The notes under the pieces: model-generated
Database searches by the model: none
What the model saw: the letters and a program-made list of their open reading frames with translations, nothing else
What the model was told of the DNA's origin: nothing
Translations under genes and position numbers: made by a program
Source of the DNA: Nitrososphaeraceae archaeon
Lineage (GTDB): Archaea; Thermoproteota; Nitrososphaeria; Nitrososphaerales; Nitrososphaeraceae
Direction: 5' to 3'
Assembly: GCA_035250975.1 (NCBI GenBank)
Contig: DATFEP010000061.1
Span: forward strand, 32,001-96,000
Length of the DNA stretch: 64,000 nt
Part shown: positions 20,488-31,575 of the stretch, piece by piece
How the letters are laid out: every line of letters begins with the position of its first letter
Position numbering within the stretch: the stretch's first letter is position 1

Positions 20488-20586
20488 TGGCGCCGGGAGA
20501 GGGATTTGAACCCTCGGGACCATGCGGTCACAGGCTTTCTTGATGTCTTTCCAGGCTTGCGCCCTTCCAGGCTAGGCGACCCCGGC
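20488..20586 (-). tRNA. tRNA-Ser(GGA) with 12-nt intron at 37/38 (20537-20548), CCA encoded
   Basis: GCCGGGGTCGCCTAGCCTGG...CT GGA A[intron]A...long variable arm...GGTTCAAATCCCTCTCCCGGCGCCA. Confidence 0.92.
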
Positions 20587-20999
20587 ACTAAAATATGCAA
20601 TAACCTTGAACCATTTTATTTATCCTTCGAAAATATAATCTATTGGATGATTTACTGATTCTATTTTTCCAAAAGTAAAATTTTGAACTAAACTCAACGA
20701 CCATTTGTATGAATTTTCTCGAGATAAAATAAAAATATGGCACAAGATGAAAAATAACGGAGAATGACAGGTTTAGAAATATCAGAAAACTGTAAGAAGA
20801 ATAAACATGTTGAATGTAATGAATGTATGTGTAATTGTCACATACCAGGAACAATGGAAAATTTAGCAAAAAAAATCGCTAAATTAGATAAAACTATCCC
20901 TGGGATAGGCGAGACCATATAAAATCAATTTGTTTTTACGGGATAGGAAATCGGTATCTTATAGGTCACTATTAAAGGTAATGATTAAAAGAGCAAAGA

Positions 21000-21998
21000 T
21001 CACGAATTCCAACCTTTAGGATATGTATTGGGTTTCATTATTATCCTTTTCATCTTTAATGCAATTCCATTTTTACTTACGGCTATTTGGCGGACAGACA
21101 TCAGAGATTCAGCTAAACCTACTATTTCCCCTTTCAAAGTGTACACACCAACCAACTCTCCAGTATCAAGTTTTTTTGATATTTGTGATATTCCCGGAAT
21201 TGCCAGTTGTGCACCATGACATAATGCATCTACTGCGGTATCTCTAATAACCACGCAAGGAATTTCAGTTAGACATACCTCTATTGGACTTATCATAATT
21301 CGTAGTTTTTCTTCGTCCTTCTTCTCCTTGTAAGATAAATATGCAGAATTCAAATCATGTAGTTTGATCAATCCATCTTTCTCAAAAAAATTACTTACTC
21401 TGGTACGTCGAAGCTCCACCATTGTGGCTCCTGAACCTAATACTTCACCGATATCATAAATCAATTTTCTTATGTAAGTTCCAGCTTGACACAAGATTCT
21501 CAAGAGGATAATTCTGTCACCAGATTCCACAAATTCCAGTTCATAGATTTTTCTTATTCTAGTCATTCTCTTAACGGAGGAACGTTGCGGAGGTCGTTGG
21601 TAAATATCGTCATGAAATTCTTTTAGAACAGACTCTATCCTTTCTTTTTGTAAGTCAGAATGAATTCTTGCTATTGAATAATATTCTTTCGGACCCAGTA
21701 ATAACACCGATAGTGCTTTAGTACCTTCTCCTAGCCCCATTGGTAACAATCCAGTTGCAGCTGGATCTAATGTTCCGCTATGTCCAGTTTTTTGGATATT
21801 CAACATTCTTTTTACCCATGAGGCTACCTCATGACTTGTTGGTCCAGAAGGTTTATCAATTAATATAATCCCATAATCTAGTAATTTATCAAGTGGTCTT
21901 TCAAAAGGACTATAACCATATCTGTCATCGGTAACGTTATCACTTAATGTAATCAAATCATGAAATTGATATAAATTGCCGAATTTCTTTTCAGTCAT
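21000..21998 (-). CDS. cbf5: H/ACA RNA-guided pseudouridine synthase Cbf5
   Basis: DKPSGPTSHEV, GHSGTLDP, GTYIRKL, ELRRTR, PUA domain. Confidence 0.95.
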   Translation of the reverse strand: MTEKKFGNLYQFHDLITLSDNVTDDRYGYSPFERPLDKLLDYGIILIDKPSGPTSHEVASWVKRMLNIQKTGHSGTLDPAATGLLPMGLGEGTKALSVLLLGPKEYYSIARIHSDLQKERIESVLKEFHDDIYQRPPQRSSVKRMTRIRKIYELEFVESGDRIILLRILCQAGTYIRKLIYDIGEVLGSGATMVELRRTRVSNFFEKDGLIKLHDLNSAYLSYKEKKDEEKLRIMISPIEVCLTEIPCVVIRDTAVDALCHGAQLAIPGISQISKKLDTGELVGVYTLKGEIVGLAESLMSVRQIAVSKNGIALKMKRIIMKPNTYPKGWNS

Positions 21999-22073
21999 TT
22001 TCAGTAGTATTTTAAACCTCCCATAATTAATTATTTATTTAGTATTGAGACTATTCAAAATAGTAAATGAAAA

Positions 22074-22667
22074 TTAAATTCTCAGATTTTTAACGATATG
22101 TTTTGATATAGAAATTAGAGAGTTGAGATCTAAGAGGTCCGTATCCAATACAAAATCAAAAACTGTCAAATCTTTTCCGAATTCATAACCATAGAGATTA
22201 TGATATATTCTTACATTATTTTCATCCCGCTGTAATATTATTTCTTTTGCTTGTTTAACATTCAGATTGTCTCTTTTAGCCATTCTTCTAATTCTATTAC
22301 TTCGAGATCCCTTTAACCATATTTTTATCGATTCCGGGACAAGCCATGGAAGTGTATAACTTGTAACTATTACATCTCCATGTCTAACTATTTCAACGAG
22401 TTTCCTATCAACCTCTATATCAAAATATGGATTCGACTCTCTTTCTTCCATGAAGTTTTTTGCTTCATCTGTATCCCACCAATCATCCCCAGATACGGAA
22501 TATCCTTTTTCTGATGCAAGCAACTTGAGAACATCTCCTCCATTATATTGTCTATATCCAAGTTCTTTTGCCAAAGCAGTAGCAAGGGTTGTTTTCCCTA
22601 CAGCAGGCCAACCTGAAATTACTATACTATTTAGTTTTTTGTTTTCATAGGAGATATAATCATGCAT
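22074..22667 (-). CDS. cmk: Cytidylate kinase (archaeal type)
   Basis: SGWPAVGKTT P-loop; conserved position between DUF106 and cbf5. Confidence 0.85.
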   Translation of the reverse strand: MHDYISYENKKLNSIVISGWPAVGKTTLATALAKELGYRQYNGGDVLKLLASEKGYSVSGDDWWDTDEAKNFMEERESNPYFDIEVDRKLVEIVRHGDVIVTSYTLPWLVPESIKIWLKGSRSNRIRRMAKRDNLNVKQAKEIILQRDENNVRIYHNLYGYEFGKDLTVFDFVLDTDLLDLNSLISISKHIVKNLRI

Positions 22668-22668
22668 T

Positions 22669-23277
22669 TCACGTCATACTTGGAAGAGAAGTTTTAGTAA
22701 GTTTGGCCACAACACCACTAGTTCCCAGTGAAGTAATCAGAAACCATCCCCATAAAAAAACTTCTCCTGGAATAGTACAAGCACCTTTTGGTTGTCCCTT
22801 ATCATCTAGGACAGTATCTATAGCAACATTCTCAGACGTGCACATTATCCATGGAAGATGAAGTGGCGAAAGAGCAACAGTTGATCCAAAAACTGAAGGG
22901 AACACCAAGATCCATAACATGAATGATGGAATCATGTATAATAGCATAGGACGCATCTGTTGCTGTTGCATTTCCATCCCCATTTTTGTCATATATGCCT
23001 GCTTTTTCTTCAGTTCACTGATTCTTTGTTTATCTTGTTTTTTAATCGCATCTCTATACTCTTTATTGAAGCTTTTTTGTTCCTGCATAACTTTCGTCAA
23101 TCTATCGATATCCGTTGTTTTTTTTCGCAAAAGAGCAAATGCAAAATTCAAACCTACAGCAATAAGAGTCGCCATAATCATAGAAGATACCAAATCTGGA
23201 AAAATTGGATGTTTTGTATAGGCTGGTGTTAACCCAGGCAATTGTAAAATTAGATCGCTAATATCCATATCAATCAC
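22669..23277 (-). CDS. DUF106 / EMC3-TMCO1 (Oxa1 superfamily) membrane insertase
   Basis: TM + coiled coil + QMRPMLLYMIP + TM segments; follows secY-adk. Confidence 0.85.
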   Translation of the reverse strand: MIDMDISDLILQLPGLTPAYTKHPIFPDLVSSMIMATLIAVGLNFAFALLRKKTTDIDRLTKVMQEQKSFNKEYRDAIKKQDKQRISELKKKQAYMTKMGMEMQQQQMRPMLLYMIPSFMLWILVFPSVFGSTVALSPLHLPWIMCTSENVAIDTVLDDKGQPKGACTIPGEVFLWGWFLITSLGTSGVVAKLTKTSLPSMT

Positions 23278-23867
23278 TCTGACGAATTACTAATTATTAA
23301 ATTAAGTAATTTCTTAGTACAATGTTCCAAGTGATTCTCATTATTGTGAACAATTTTAAAAGGAGCGCCAGAGATTACTGAACAACTTGAAATAAGCATC
23401 TTCGAAACATCTATTTCGTTTTGAATTGACTCGATTGAAATTATATCCCTATCCCTTGAAGAATCATTTTGTCGCCTATGATATATTTCTTCAGGCTTTG
23501 CGATAATCAAAACCAAGTTTGAAGGTTTAAGTAGATTTAGCAGGTGAAGAGGTAAACCTGGGTAATATCCTTCAAATGTGGTGATAAACAAATGCGTATC
23601 AATTATTACAATCTCAGATATTATTTCAGAGATTCTAGTTGCAGCTAATCTTTGAAGATTTTTTTGATCCTCAATCTGAAGCCTTCGAATTTCGTCTCTA
23701 TTTTTTATATTAACTCTTTTGGCTTCCTCAAGCATTATCTTTCCGAATTCTGCCAATGTTGTTTTTATCCCGAGTTGTTCCAAGGCCTTTTTTACTTCTG
23801 ATACAACAGTTGTTTTTCCCACGCCGGGAATTCCAACTACAATAATTCGTTTAATCCTTTCTACCAA
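23274..23867 (-). CDS. adkA: Adenylate kinase (archaeal)
   Basis: GIPGVGKTT, RDEIRRL, IDTH, GYYPGLP. Confidence 0.93.
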   Translation of the reverse strand: MVERIKRIIVVGIPGVGKTTVVSEVKKALEQLGIKTTLAEFGKIMLEEAKRVNIKNRDEIRRLQIEDQKNLQRLAATRISEIISEIVIIDTHLFITTFEGYYPGLPLHLLNLLKPSNLVLIIAKPEEIYHRRQNDSSRDRDIISIESIQNEIDVSKMLISSCSVISGAPFKIVHNNENHLEHCTKKLLNLIISNSSE

Positions 23868-25284
23868 TTAAAGCCGCCAGTTTGGGCATATTAGTGTCTA
23901 CTTTTTCTCTTATGAGGAGATTATAGTAATTTACAAGAATATCTACCATTAACAACAATCCAATACCCCCGCCAAATAAGCCCAATACGTCTGACACGGA
24001 GGCTAATAGACCTATCGCTACTCCACCAATAATAGTTACTGACGGAATATACTTATCTAAGACATTCTGAACAGAATTTTGTGACCTTCTAAACCCTGGT
24101 ATTTGTACATCAGCATCAAGGAGGTTTTTAGCAGCAGATTTTGCAGAGAGTCCGCCCAATTCTACCCATAACCTACCAAAAACAGTAACAATTGCAGTGA
24201 TAAATATGATATTAACTACAGCTCTAATTGGATCCTGAGCAGCAACATCAAGGCCTCTAGGGGTAGTGATATAATACAATAACCCACCAATAGGAGATTG
24301 TTGTTGTGCCGGATCAAACTGCGCTATCCAATTAAAAAAAGGATTGTCGTTTTCTGGATTGTAATTTGCCCAAAGCATCTGACCCATAAATATTGCATTA
24401 GCTACCAAGGCAGTGGACAAAATTACAGGGATATTAGATACGTATAACAGTTTTATTGGATAAACTGCCGTAAAACCCCTATACTTTGTTGATACGATGG
24501 GAATATCAATGTGAATTCCCTGAGTATACACCAGAATAGCAAGTACGCCACCGGTTAGGATGAATGTGAAAAGACTTGGTAATTGACCACTTCTAAAGAA
24601 AACATCAGAAAGATCCCCTTGTGCTGCAGAGTCAATTATGAATGGTATTATACCAACTGGTCCATCTGGACCTGCAACAGGGGTAAATACACTCCACAAG
24701 ATGGTTTGCGCGACTCCCGCCATAATAAAAAGACTAATACCAGAACCCAATCCCCAGCCTTTTTGTATTAATTCGTCTAGCAACATTACAATTAGACTAG
24801 TAAATATCAACTGAGCAATGAGAATATAGGTATAATCAGGAGACTCTACTAGTGGACCGTAAACACTAGCACCATATAAACCTCCCTCTGCGATTATCAC
24901 AATAATAGTAACTAGCTTAGTTGCGGAAGTGAAAAGTGCTCTATCATCGGGATTTTTGAAATTTAATTTTAGAATATCTGATCCCTTAAGTAATTGCATT
25001 AAAAGCCCTGCCGTAACTATAGGTCCAATACCAAGTTCCAGAATAGTTCCTTGCTGTGCAGCAAATATAACTCGAGCAAATGCTAGGAAGTCAAATTGAG
25101 GTTCATCAGTGACACCATAAAGGGGTACTTGACCCATAACAAGATAGGCAAATACTGCTATACCACACCAAACAAATTTCTCCGTAAGAGTTATCTTTTT
25201 CTTTGGCTTTTCTACCTGAGGAATATAACGGGATATAGTTTTAATAGACTTACGTATAAATCCCTCATTCTGAACTGTACTCAT
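23851..25284 (-). CDS. secY: Preprotein translocase subunit SecY
   Basis: ELGIGPIVTAGL, GWGLGSGISLFI, YPIKLLYVSNIP, IPGFRRS. Confidence 0.97.
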   Translation of the reverse strand: MSTVQNEGFIRKSIKTISRYIPQVEKPKKKITLTEKFVWCGIAVFAYLVMGQVPLYGVTDEPQFDFLAFARVIFAAQQGTILELGIGPIVTAGLLMQLLKGSDILKLNFKNPDDRALFTSATKLVTIIVIIAEGGLYGASVYGPLVESPDYTYILIAQLIFTSLIVMLLDELIQKGWGLGSGISLFIMAGVAQTILWSVFTPVAGPDGPVGIIPFIIDSAAQGDLSDVFFRSGQLPSLFTFILTGGVLAILVYTQGIHIDIPIVSTKYRGFTAVYPIKLLYVSNIPVILSTALVANAIFMGQMLWANYNPENDNPFFNWIAQFDPAQQQSPIGGLLYYITTPRGLDVAAQDPIRAVVNIIFITAIVTVFGRLWVELGGLSAKSAAKNLLDADVQIPGFRRSQNSVQNVLDKYIPSVTIIGGVAIGLLASVSDVLGLFGGGIGLLLMVDILVNYYNLLIREKVDTNMPKLAALIGRKD

Positions 25285-25699
25285 TATAAATTATGTTCCC
25301 CCCAACTGCCTGAATTTTCTCCAAGGCTTTTTTTGAAATTCTGCCAATTTTGATAGTTAATTTTGCATTTATTTTTCCTGCACCCAATAATTTGTCATAT
25401 CCAAGAGATGTTAAATCAAAAAAATTCTGATGCTTTGCATTATCTTTATTTTTATTATATAAAGAATCAAGATCCCTTAAATTTACCCATTTTTTCACAT
25501 AATTTTTATGATGAGAATTACTTTGACTGTGACCAAAGTGATCTGGTTCCTCGATAACAGTTCTTATCCAGAAATGTTTATGCTTTCCAGCCTGTCCAAC
25601 ACCACCTCTAGATCCAGATTGACGGTGTTGTCCTATCTGACCCCAGCCGCAATACCTAGTTCCTCTTTGTTTCCTGCTTTTTCTTAATCTAGTGGCCAT
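25265..25699 (-). CDS. rpl15: 50S ribosomal protein uL15
   Basis: RGTRYCGWG..GQHR.SGSRGG.G.AG, GYDKLLG. Confidence 0.95.
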   Translation of the reverse strand: MATRLRKSRKQRGTRYCGWGQIGQHRQSGSRGGVGQAGKHKHFWIRTVIEEPDHFGHSQSNSHHKNYVKKWVNLRDLDSLYNKNKDNAKHQNFFDLTSLGYDKLLGAGKINAKLTIKIGRISKKALEKIQAVGGNIIYNEYSSE

Positions 25700-25783
25700 A
25701 ACTTATATCCTCAAACATATTGAATTATTAAAAACAGTTAGCATAATCATTCTTATTCTTTGATAAATAAAATTTTGCTGTAT

Positions 25784-26251
25784 TTATATCATTCTCCTAA
25801 TAAGATCAATAAGTTCATCATTTTCGCCAAGTATTCCCTTTTGTGAGTACTGAGTCTTTGTTTTTCTTTTAAAACCACCTTTTGGAGAATTTAGTGAGAA
25901 CCAAGGTTTAACTTCTTTAATATCGGATAAACTAAGATTATTTTCGTATATAGATTTTGCTAATTCATCTAATGACTTGAATGATGAAGGGAGATTACCA
26001 ATAGTGAGGCTTCTTAATCCACTAACTTTTCCTCTTCGCTCTAATAATTCTTTGATTATAGAACCATCTACAGATTTCCAGGCCACGATGTCTTTAACCT
26101 TCCTTAACATCCCCAAGGCCTGTGAATCCTCTTTAATAATAGTAGCGTTAAATTTTCTCCTGAGATTAAGATTCTCTAATGTTTTTTCAGCCCAAATTGG
26201 CACATTTACCAAACCACGTATTCTTATTACTAAATAAACCATCTTAATCAT
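25784..26251 (-). CDS. rpl30: 50S ribosomal protein uL30
   Basis: YLVIRIRG, GMLRKVKD, LNSPKGGF. Confidence 0.93.
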   Translation of the reverse strand: MIKMVYLVIRIRGLVNVPIWAEKTLENLNLRRKFNATIIKEDSQALGMLRKVKDIVAWKSVDGSIIKELLERRGKVSGLRSLTIGNLPSSFKSLDELAKSIYENNLSLSDIKEVKPWFSLNSPKGGFKRKTKTQYSQKGILGENDELIDLIRRMI

Positions 26252-26895
26252 TACCCCGCTGCATACGTACTTCTTAAAGCATCAAAAATAGCCTTTGTAG
26301 TAGACGCCATTGTATTTGTCGATCCGAAGGATTTTGTCCAAGCATCCTTCAATCCAGCTAACTTGAGTAATGATCTAATGTTTTCACCAGCAACCAGACC
26401 GAGACCTCTAGGCCCTGGCAATATTTCAATTGTGACACTGCCACCTCTGCCTGATACCTTAAATGGTATTGAATGAAGTTGATTACATCTACACTCCCAA
26501 CTTCCACATCCAAGTTTAATTGGAATAACATTTAGATATGCAGAATTAATTGCCTTATCAATTGCATTTCGCATTTGGGCTGCTTTCCCATTTCCAATTC
26601 CAAACCATCCATTTTCATTACCCACAGCCACTAATGCAGCGAACCTTGTCATTTCACCTGCGTCAGTTTGTTTTTGCACTATTCCTACATGCACTACCTG
26701 GCTTTTGATATCTGGAAGAAGATGTTTAACTATTTCTGATTCTTGAATCCTCATTCCATTTTCAAAGACTTGTTCCATTGAAGTGATCTTGCCGCCAGCA
26801 ACCATTATCCCTAAGGTTGTCCTTGGTTTCCATTCCACTTGTTTTTCGTCCCTACTTCTTGTATATTGTGAATTTCTCGTAAATTGTTGACTCAT
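26251..26895 (-). CDS. rps5: 30S ribosomal protein uS5
   Basis: WKPRTTLG, QKQTDAGE, GCGSWEC, PGPRGLGLV. Confidence 0.96.
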   Translation of the reverse strand: MSQQFTRNSQYTRSRDEKQVEWKPRTTLGIMVAGGKITSMEQVFENGMRIQESEIVKHLLPDIKSQVVHVGIVQKQTDAGEMTRFAALVAVGNENGWFGIGNGKAAQMRNAIDKAINSAYLNVIPIKLGCGSWECRCNQLHSIPFKVSGRGGSVTIEILPGPRGLGLVAGENIRSLLKLAGLKDAWTKSFGSTNTMASTTKAIFDALRSTYAAG

Positions 26896-26940
26896 CTGTT
26901 AGATATCTCCATTCTTAATACAAGTTTCATCTTCTTTCCC

Positions 26941-27564
26941 TTACGAGTTATTATCCGCTATTTTATCTTTATTGTTAGAGGACATTTCAAAATCTGTCGT
27001 ACTTAAATTAGATATTTTGTTTTTAATTTCCTCAAAATGTGTTTTATAATCTTCAGGCTCTAATCCTTTTTTTATTATATTGGAAAACCTTATCATGTAC
27101 TGATCTTTATTTCCCTTCAAAGAAAAAGCGTAAGTTGATATATGTTCCCCGCTAAGTCTATCTTCTGCTGGAAATGACTTTTCGGATGAAGGTACCTTGA
27201 TGCCACCATCGATAATTCCTTTGAGACAGGCAGCGGTTCTTGGAGTAAATCTATCTCTTCCAGTATACAGTACTGCATTTTCAACGCCTTTAAAAGAGGC
27301 TTTTTTGCCTAATAGCAAGCCAGTAAGATAACAAGCTGGAAGAGAATTATTGGAACCCTTCCATCCATAACCTACCAAGTTTGTAGAATGAGCAAAGGCA
27401 ATCACCTTATCTCCGGCGATATTAGGTTCAAGCAACTGTGTCAGAATATTTTGATTACTTAATTTTACCGTTATAAATTGTTGTTTACTTTGCAATAACG
27501 AAGAACGCTTATGATAATTAGTTTTTTTCTCCCTTATTCGCTTTAAAGTGTGAACATACGTCAA
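26941..27564 (-). CDS. rpl18: 50S ribosomal protein uL18
   Basis: REKKTNYHKR, PACYLTGLLLG, LKGIIDGG. Confidence 0.94.
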   Translation of the reverse strand: MTYVHTLKRIREKKTNYHKRSSLLQSKQQFITVKLSNQNILTQLLEPNIAGDKVIAFAHSTNLVGYGWKGSNNSLPACYLTGLLLGKKASFKGVENAVLYTGRDRFTPRTAACLKGIIDGGIKVPSSEKSFPAEDRLSGEHISTYAFSLKGNKDQYMIRFSNIIKKGLEPEDYKTHFEEIKNKISNLSTTDFEMSSNNKDKIADNNS

Positions 27565-27642
27565 TACATATCATCTCCAATTTGTTGAATATTAGATGCT
27601 GAGTATCAAAATCACTTATAAACGTTTTATTAAAACAATTTT

Positions 27643-28428
27643 CTAAACAGTCTTAGAACATATTCTATTGGCGATTAAAGATGCAAATGCTCCTGCACCA
27701 ATTCCATTATCTATATTTACCACAGCGAGTCCCAATGCACAGCTTTGAAGCATAGTGGAAAGTGCTGCAACACCATTGGAGCCAAAACCATATCCTATAG
27801 AAGTAGGTACTCCTATGACAGGTATGTCTACACATGATGACACTATTGAAGCTAAAGCTCCTTCCATTCCTGCGACTACAACAATTGCATGCACGTTATC
27901 AGATATCATTTTTTTGAGAGACGGAAAAATTCGATGAATACCTGCTATACCTACATCATATGAAACAATTGCATTACATCCCATTGCTTTTGATACTAAT
28001 CTTGCTTCTTCGGCAATGCCCACATCTGAAGTACCAGCAGAAATAATACCGATTTTGCAATTCGGATTAGTTTTCATTACTCGATCTTTCGATATCAGAA
28101 TAGTAGAACTATTTTTACCAATTTCAAAATATAGATTATTTTTTCTAGAAAATTCTCGTATCTTCTTGATGTATTCCTTTGGTGTTCTACTGATAATTAC
28201 CTTTTCATTTTTTTTTATAATCCTCTTTAGAATAACAAGAATGTCTAAATATGATTTTCTTTCCCCATAAATAATCTCTGGAATACCTCTTCTTATTTCT
28301 CTATGTATATCCAAGTTTGCGATGTTATTTCCGATATTTTCTACATAGGTATATGTAATTATTTTTTTGAAGTCCTCGAGAGAAATCTTTCCAGTATTGT
28401 ATTCTTTTAGAAGAACATCTAAATCCAT
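27643..28428 (-). CDS. larB: Nickel-pincer cofactor biosynthesis protein LarB
   Basis: REIRRGIPEIIYG, AGTSD, DVGIAGIHR, AGMEGAL, VPTSIGYG, VVNIDNG. Confidence 0.94.
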   Translation of the reverse strand: MDLDVLLKEYNTGKISLEDFKKIITYTYVENIGNNIANLDIHREIRRGIPEIIYGERKSYLDILVILKRIIKKNEKVIISRTPKEYIKKIREFSRKNNLYFEIGKNSSTILISKDRVMKTNPNCKIGIISAGTSDVGIAEEARLVSKAMGCNAIVSYDVGIAGIHRIFPSLKKMISDNVHAIVVVAGMEGALASIVSSCVDIPVIGVPTSIGYGFGSNGVAALSTMLQSCALGLAVVNIDNGIGAGAFASLIANRICSKTV

Positions 28429-28436
28429 CGTTATAT

Positions 28437-29351
28437 TTAAAGTCCTAATGATTTTATCGCTTCTTTAACACTTTTTACTCCTAGATCAAATATTGACCTT
28501 TCAGATTTGTCTAGCTCAAGTTCGATTATTTTTTCTATTCCTTGAGATCCTAACACCGCTGGAACTCCAATACACAATTCTGATAAACCATATTCTCCTT
28601 CCATATATGCCGAGATGGGAATAACCATCTTTTTGTCCTTTACAATACTCTCAATCATAGTTGCAACAGCATTCCCGGGAGCATATACAGTTGCACCCTT
28701 TAGAGAAATTACTTCAGCTGCCACACTCTTAGTTTTTTCAAATATTTTGCTTGATTCTTCATCAGATAAAAGGTCTTTTAGAGGTATTCCACCGATAGAA
28801 GAAAATCTTATTAAAGGTAACATATTTTCTCCGTGCTCACCTATTACCATAGCCTGAATTGATTCCCTGGAATAGCCTTTAACGTCATGAATAAAACTTT
28901 TGAATCTCGATAAATCAAGCATACCACCCATTCCCATTACTTTGCTTTTAGGAAAATTGGTAGTTTTTAAAGCTAAATAGGTCATGGGATCCAATGGATT
29001 TGTTACTACGATCAGATTACTATTTTTCGCATACAATGATATTTTGTTAGAAACATCTTTGACAACAGTAGCATTTCTATTCAAAAGATCCATTCGAGTC
29101 ATTCCTGGTTTTCTTCCTATGCCAGCAACCAAGACTACAAAATTCGAATTCCTCATATCTTCATAATCATTCGAACCTTTGATTCTTGGATCAAAACCTC
29201 TTTCAGATAATTGATGATTAATATCCATAGCTTCTCCTTGGGGAAGTCCTTCGATTACATCTAACAATAAAACATCATCTAATTCTCTTAATCCACAATT
29301 CAATGCCACAGAAGCACCAACTCTTCCGGATCCTATTATTGTAATTGTCAT
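28437..29351 (-). CDS. mdh: Malate dehydrogenase (LDH-like)
   Basis: [28 protein letters not shown]; ATG 29351 is the likely start. Confidence 0.94.
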   Translation of the reverse strand: MTITIIGSGRVGASVALNCGLRELDDVLLLDVIEGLPQGEAMDINHQLSERGFDPRIKGSNDYEDMRNSNFVVLVAGIGRKPGMTRMDLLNRNATVVKDVSNKISLYAKNSNLIVVTNPLDPMTYLALKTTNFPKSKVMGMGGMLDLSRFKSFIHDVKGYSRESIQAMVIGEHGENMLPLIRFSSIGGIPLKDLLSDEESSKIFEKTKSVAAEVISLKGATVYAPGNAVATMIESIVKDKKMVIPISAYMEGEYGLSELCIGVPAVLGSQGIEKIIELELDKSERSIFDLGVKSVKEAIKSLGL

Positions 29352-29506
29352 TTTGATCGATTGTTCATTTAGACAAATTATAATCTTACTAAAATAGTTC
29401 CTAATTGAAATAGTCACTTTGAGATAATAACTTCTTTATAGTATCTTAATAACTATATATAAGCATGATAATGTACTTTCGAAAATAATATTAAAAGGAG
29501 TACAGA

Positions 29507-30748
29507 ATGTCAAATATTACAATAATTGACCCTCAGATCTCAGGGATTTCAGGCGACATGTTAATGTCTGCACTAGTGGATGCAGGCGCTGATAAAAAGA
29601 AAATTATCGATTCTATATACAAATGTGAAAAATATATTACTGGAAGTAAAATAGTTGATGCTAAATTTGAAAAGATAACTGTTCATGGTTTTAAGGCAAC
29701 GAGATTTTTTTTTAAATATCAGGATAAAACTTTGAAAAGAAAAGCAATTGACATGTACAAGATTCTATCGAAGTGCGCTGAAAATTTAAATCTAGACCCA
29801 CGAGCAAATAGTTTTTTACTGAACTCTTTAAAAACTTTAATAAATGCGGAAACTAGAATTCATGGCAAACCTGTTGAAAAGATTCATTTGCATGAAGCAT
29901 CTAGCATAGACACATTTGTGGATTTAATTGGTTGTTCTATTGCACTGGAAAACTTGAAAATTTTTGACTCAAGAATAGTTACGACTCATATCTCAGTTGG
30001 TAGCGGACTAACAGATTTTTCTCATGGAACGGTTGCTAATCCTACTAACGCAGTTTTAGAAATATTTCGAGGCAGATCATTTGTTTTATCTGGCAACAAT
30101 CTTGGAGAGATTACAACACCAACTGGGGCATCTATGCTAGTAAATCTTGCATCAGAGTGTGTAGATTATTACCCTAAATTTGTTCCGATTAGGATTGGAC
30201 TAGGTAATGGTCAGAAGGAATTTCATACCTATCCGAATATTCTCCGAGTAATAATAGCGAAGGATCCTATTAATTCTAAAACAAATTACGAAGATGTAGT
30301 ACTATTAGAAACTAATATTGATGATTTATCTGGGGAAATATTAGGCAATTTGATTGAGGTAATTATGAAGGAAGGAGCAAAAGATGTCACAGTAATTCCT
30401 GGGATAACAAAGAAAAATAGACCTGTTCACATATTAAGAATAATTACTGATAGATTGAAAATAAATGACATTGCTGAGAAAATATATATTGAATCCGGCA
30501 CTTCAGGCATTAGAATTCAAGACTTGAATAGAATAGCATTGTTTAGAAATATTATAACTATGCCGATATCCGTAAAAAATAAAACTTACAATGTAAGAGT
30601 AAAAATTGTAAAAGATCCATATAATAAAATAATAAACGTAAAACCTGAATATGACGATCTGAAAAAGATAGCTGAGGCTAGTGGTATGTCATTAAGAAAA
30701 GTTATGAATTACGCTACATGTCAGACAATGTCAAAATTTGATGAGTGA
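29507..30748 (+). CDS. larC: Nickel-pincer cofactor nickel insertase LarC (single ORF)
   Basis: GISGDM, HLHEA, TPTGA, ETNIDD, KPEYDD. Confidence 0.92.
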   Translation: MSNITIIDPQISGISGDMLMSALVDAGADKKKIIDSIYKCEKYITGSKIVDAKFEKITVHGFKATRFFFKYQDKTLKRKAIDMYKILSKCAENLNLDPRANSFLLNSLKTLINAETRIHGKPVEKIHLHEASSIDTFVDLIGCSIALENLKIFDSRIVTTHISVGSGLTDFSHGTVANPTNAVLEIFRGRSFVLSGNNLGEITTPTGASMLVNLASECVDYYPKFVPIRIGLGNGQKEFHTYPNILRVIIAKDPINSKTNYEDVVLLETNIDDLSGEILGNLIEVIMKEGAKDVTVIPGITKKNRPVHILRIITDRLKINDIAEKIYIESGTSGIRIQDLNRIALFRNIITMPISVKNKTYNVRVKIVKDPYNKIINVKPEYDDLKKIAEASGMSLRKVMNYATCQTMSKFDE

Positions 30749-31572
30749 TTGTTGACATGCGCGATTATGAAATGAGTTTCATTAGATTAAAAGAATGGTT
30801 TAATGAAAATACAGATGGCAGAGTTGTGGTAGCGTTATCTGGAGGGGTAGACAGTGCAGTCGTTGCTCTGGCTGCAAAACATACACTACACGATAATGCA
30901 TTAGCCATCACAGCAAATTATAAGACCTTAGCTGAATCAGAAATGAATACTGCAATAAATATAGCTAAGGAAATAGGTATCAGACATATAATAATAGAAT
31001 ATAGTGAACTCGATGATCCGAAATTCATAAGAAACGATAATTTGAGATGTTACTATTGTAGAAAATCCCTTTCAGAATATCTTTTATCTTATTCAAAATT
31101 ATTCAATATTTCGTGTATAGTTGACGGTACTAATGTGGATGACCTGATGGATTATAGACCAGGAATAAAAGCCCTAAGAGAATACGGAATAAAAAGTCCG
31201 CTATTAGACATCAAAATAGGGAAACATATGATAAGAAAAATTGCTAAAAATTTTGGTCTATCCATTTCCAATAAGCCATCAAATTCATGTCTTGCATCAA
31301 GGATACCACATGGCAAAAAGATTACACAAGAAAAGTTAACAAATATAGAGAACGCAGAGAAGATAGTAAAAGAATTATTCAAGGTTGAACAAGTACGGGT
31401 AAGAGATCATGAGAAGATTGCACGAATTGAGATAGGAACTGATGAATTTGGAAAAATGTTTGATTCCAATAAATTAAAAATATTGAATTCCAAATTAACA
31501 GAGATTGGATTCCAATATGTTACTTTAGACTTAGCAGGATATAAATCTGGCAATTTGGTTGTGATAGAATAA
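30745..31572 (+). CDS. larE: ATP-dependent sulfur transferase LarE
   Basis: SGGVDS PP-loop, RCYYC, DYRPG, SCLASRIP, RVRDH. Confidence 0.93.
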   Translation: MIVDMRDYEMSFIRLKEWFNENTDGRVVVALSGGVDSAVVALAAKHTLHDNALAITANYKTLAESEMNTAINIAKEIGIRHIIIEYSELDDPKFIRNDNLRCYYCRKSLSEYLLSYSKLFNISCIVDGTNVDDLMDYRPGIKALREYGIKSPLLDIKIGKHMIRKIAKNFGLSISNKPSNSCLASRIPHGKKITQEKLTNIENAEKIVKELFKVEQVRVRDHEKIARIEIGTDEFGKMFDSNKLKILNSKLTEIGFQYVTLDLAGYKSGNLVVIE

Positions 31573-31575
31573 TTT

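Noticed and set aside
20588-20869. 93-aa ORF upstream of tRNA-Ser
   Set aside because: F/Y/I-rich composition typical of random AT-rich DNA; it overlaps the tRNA promoter region.
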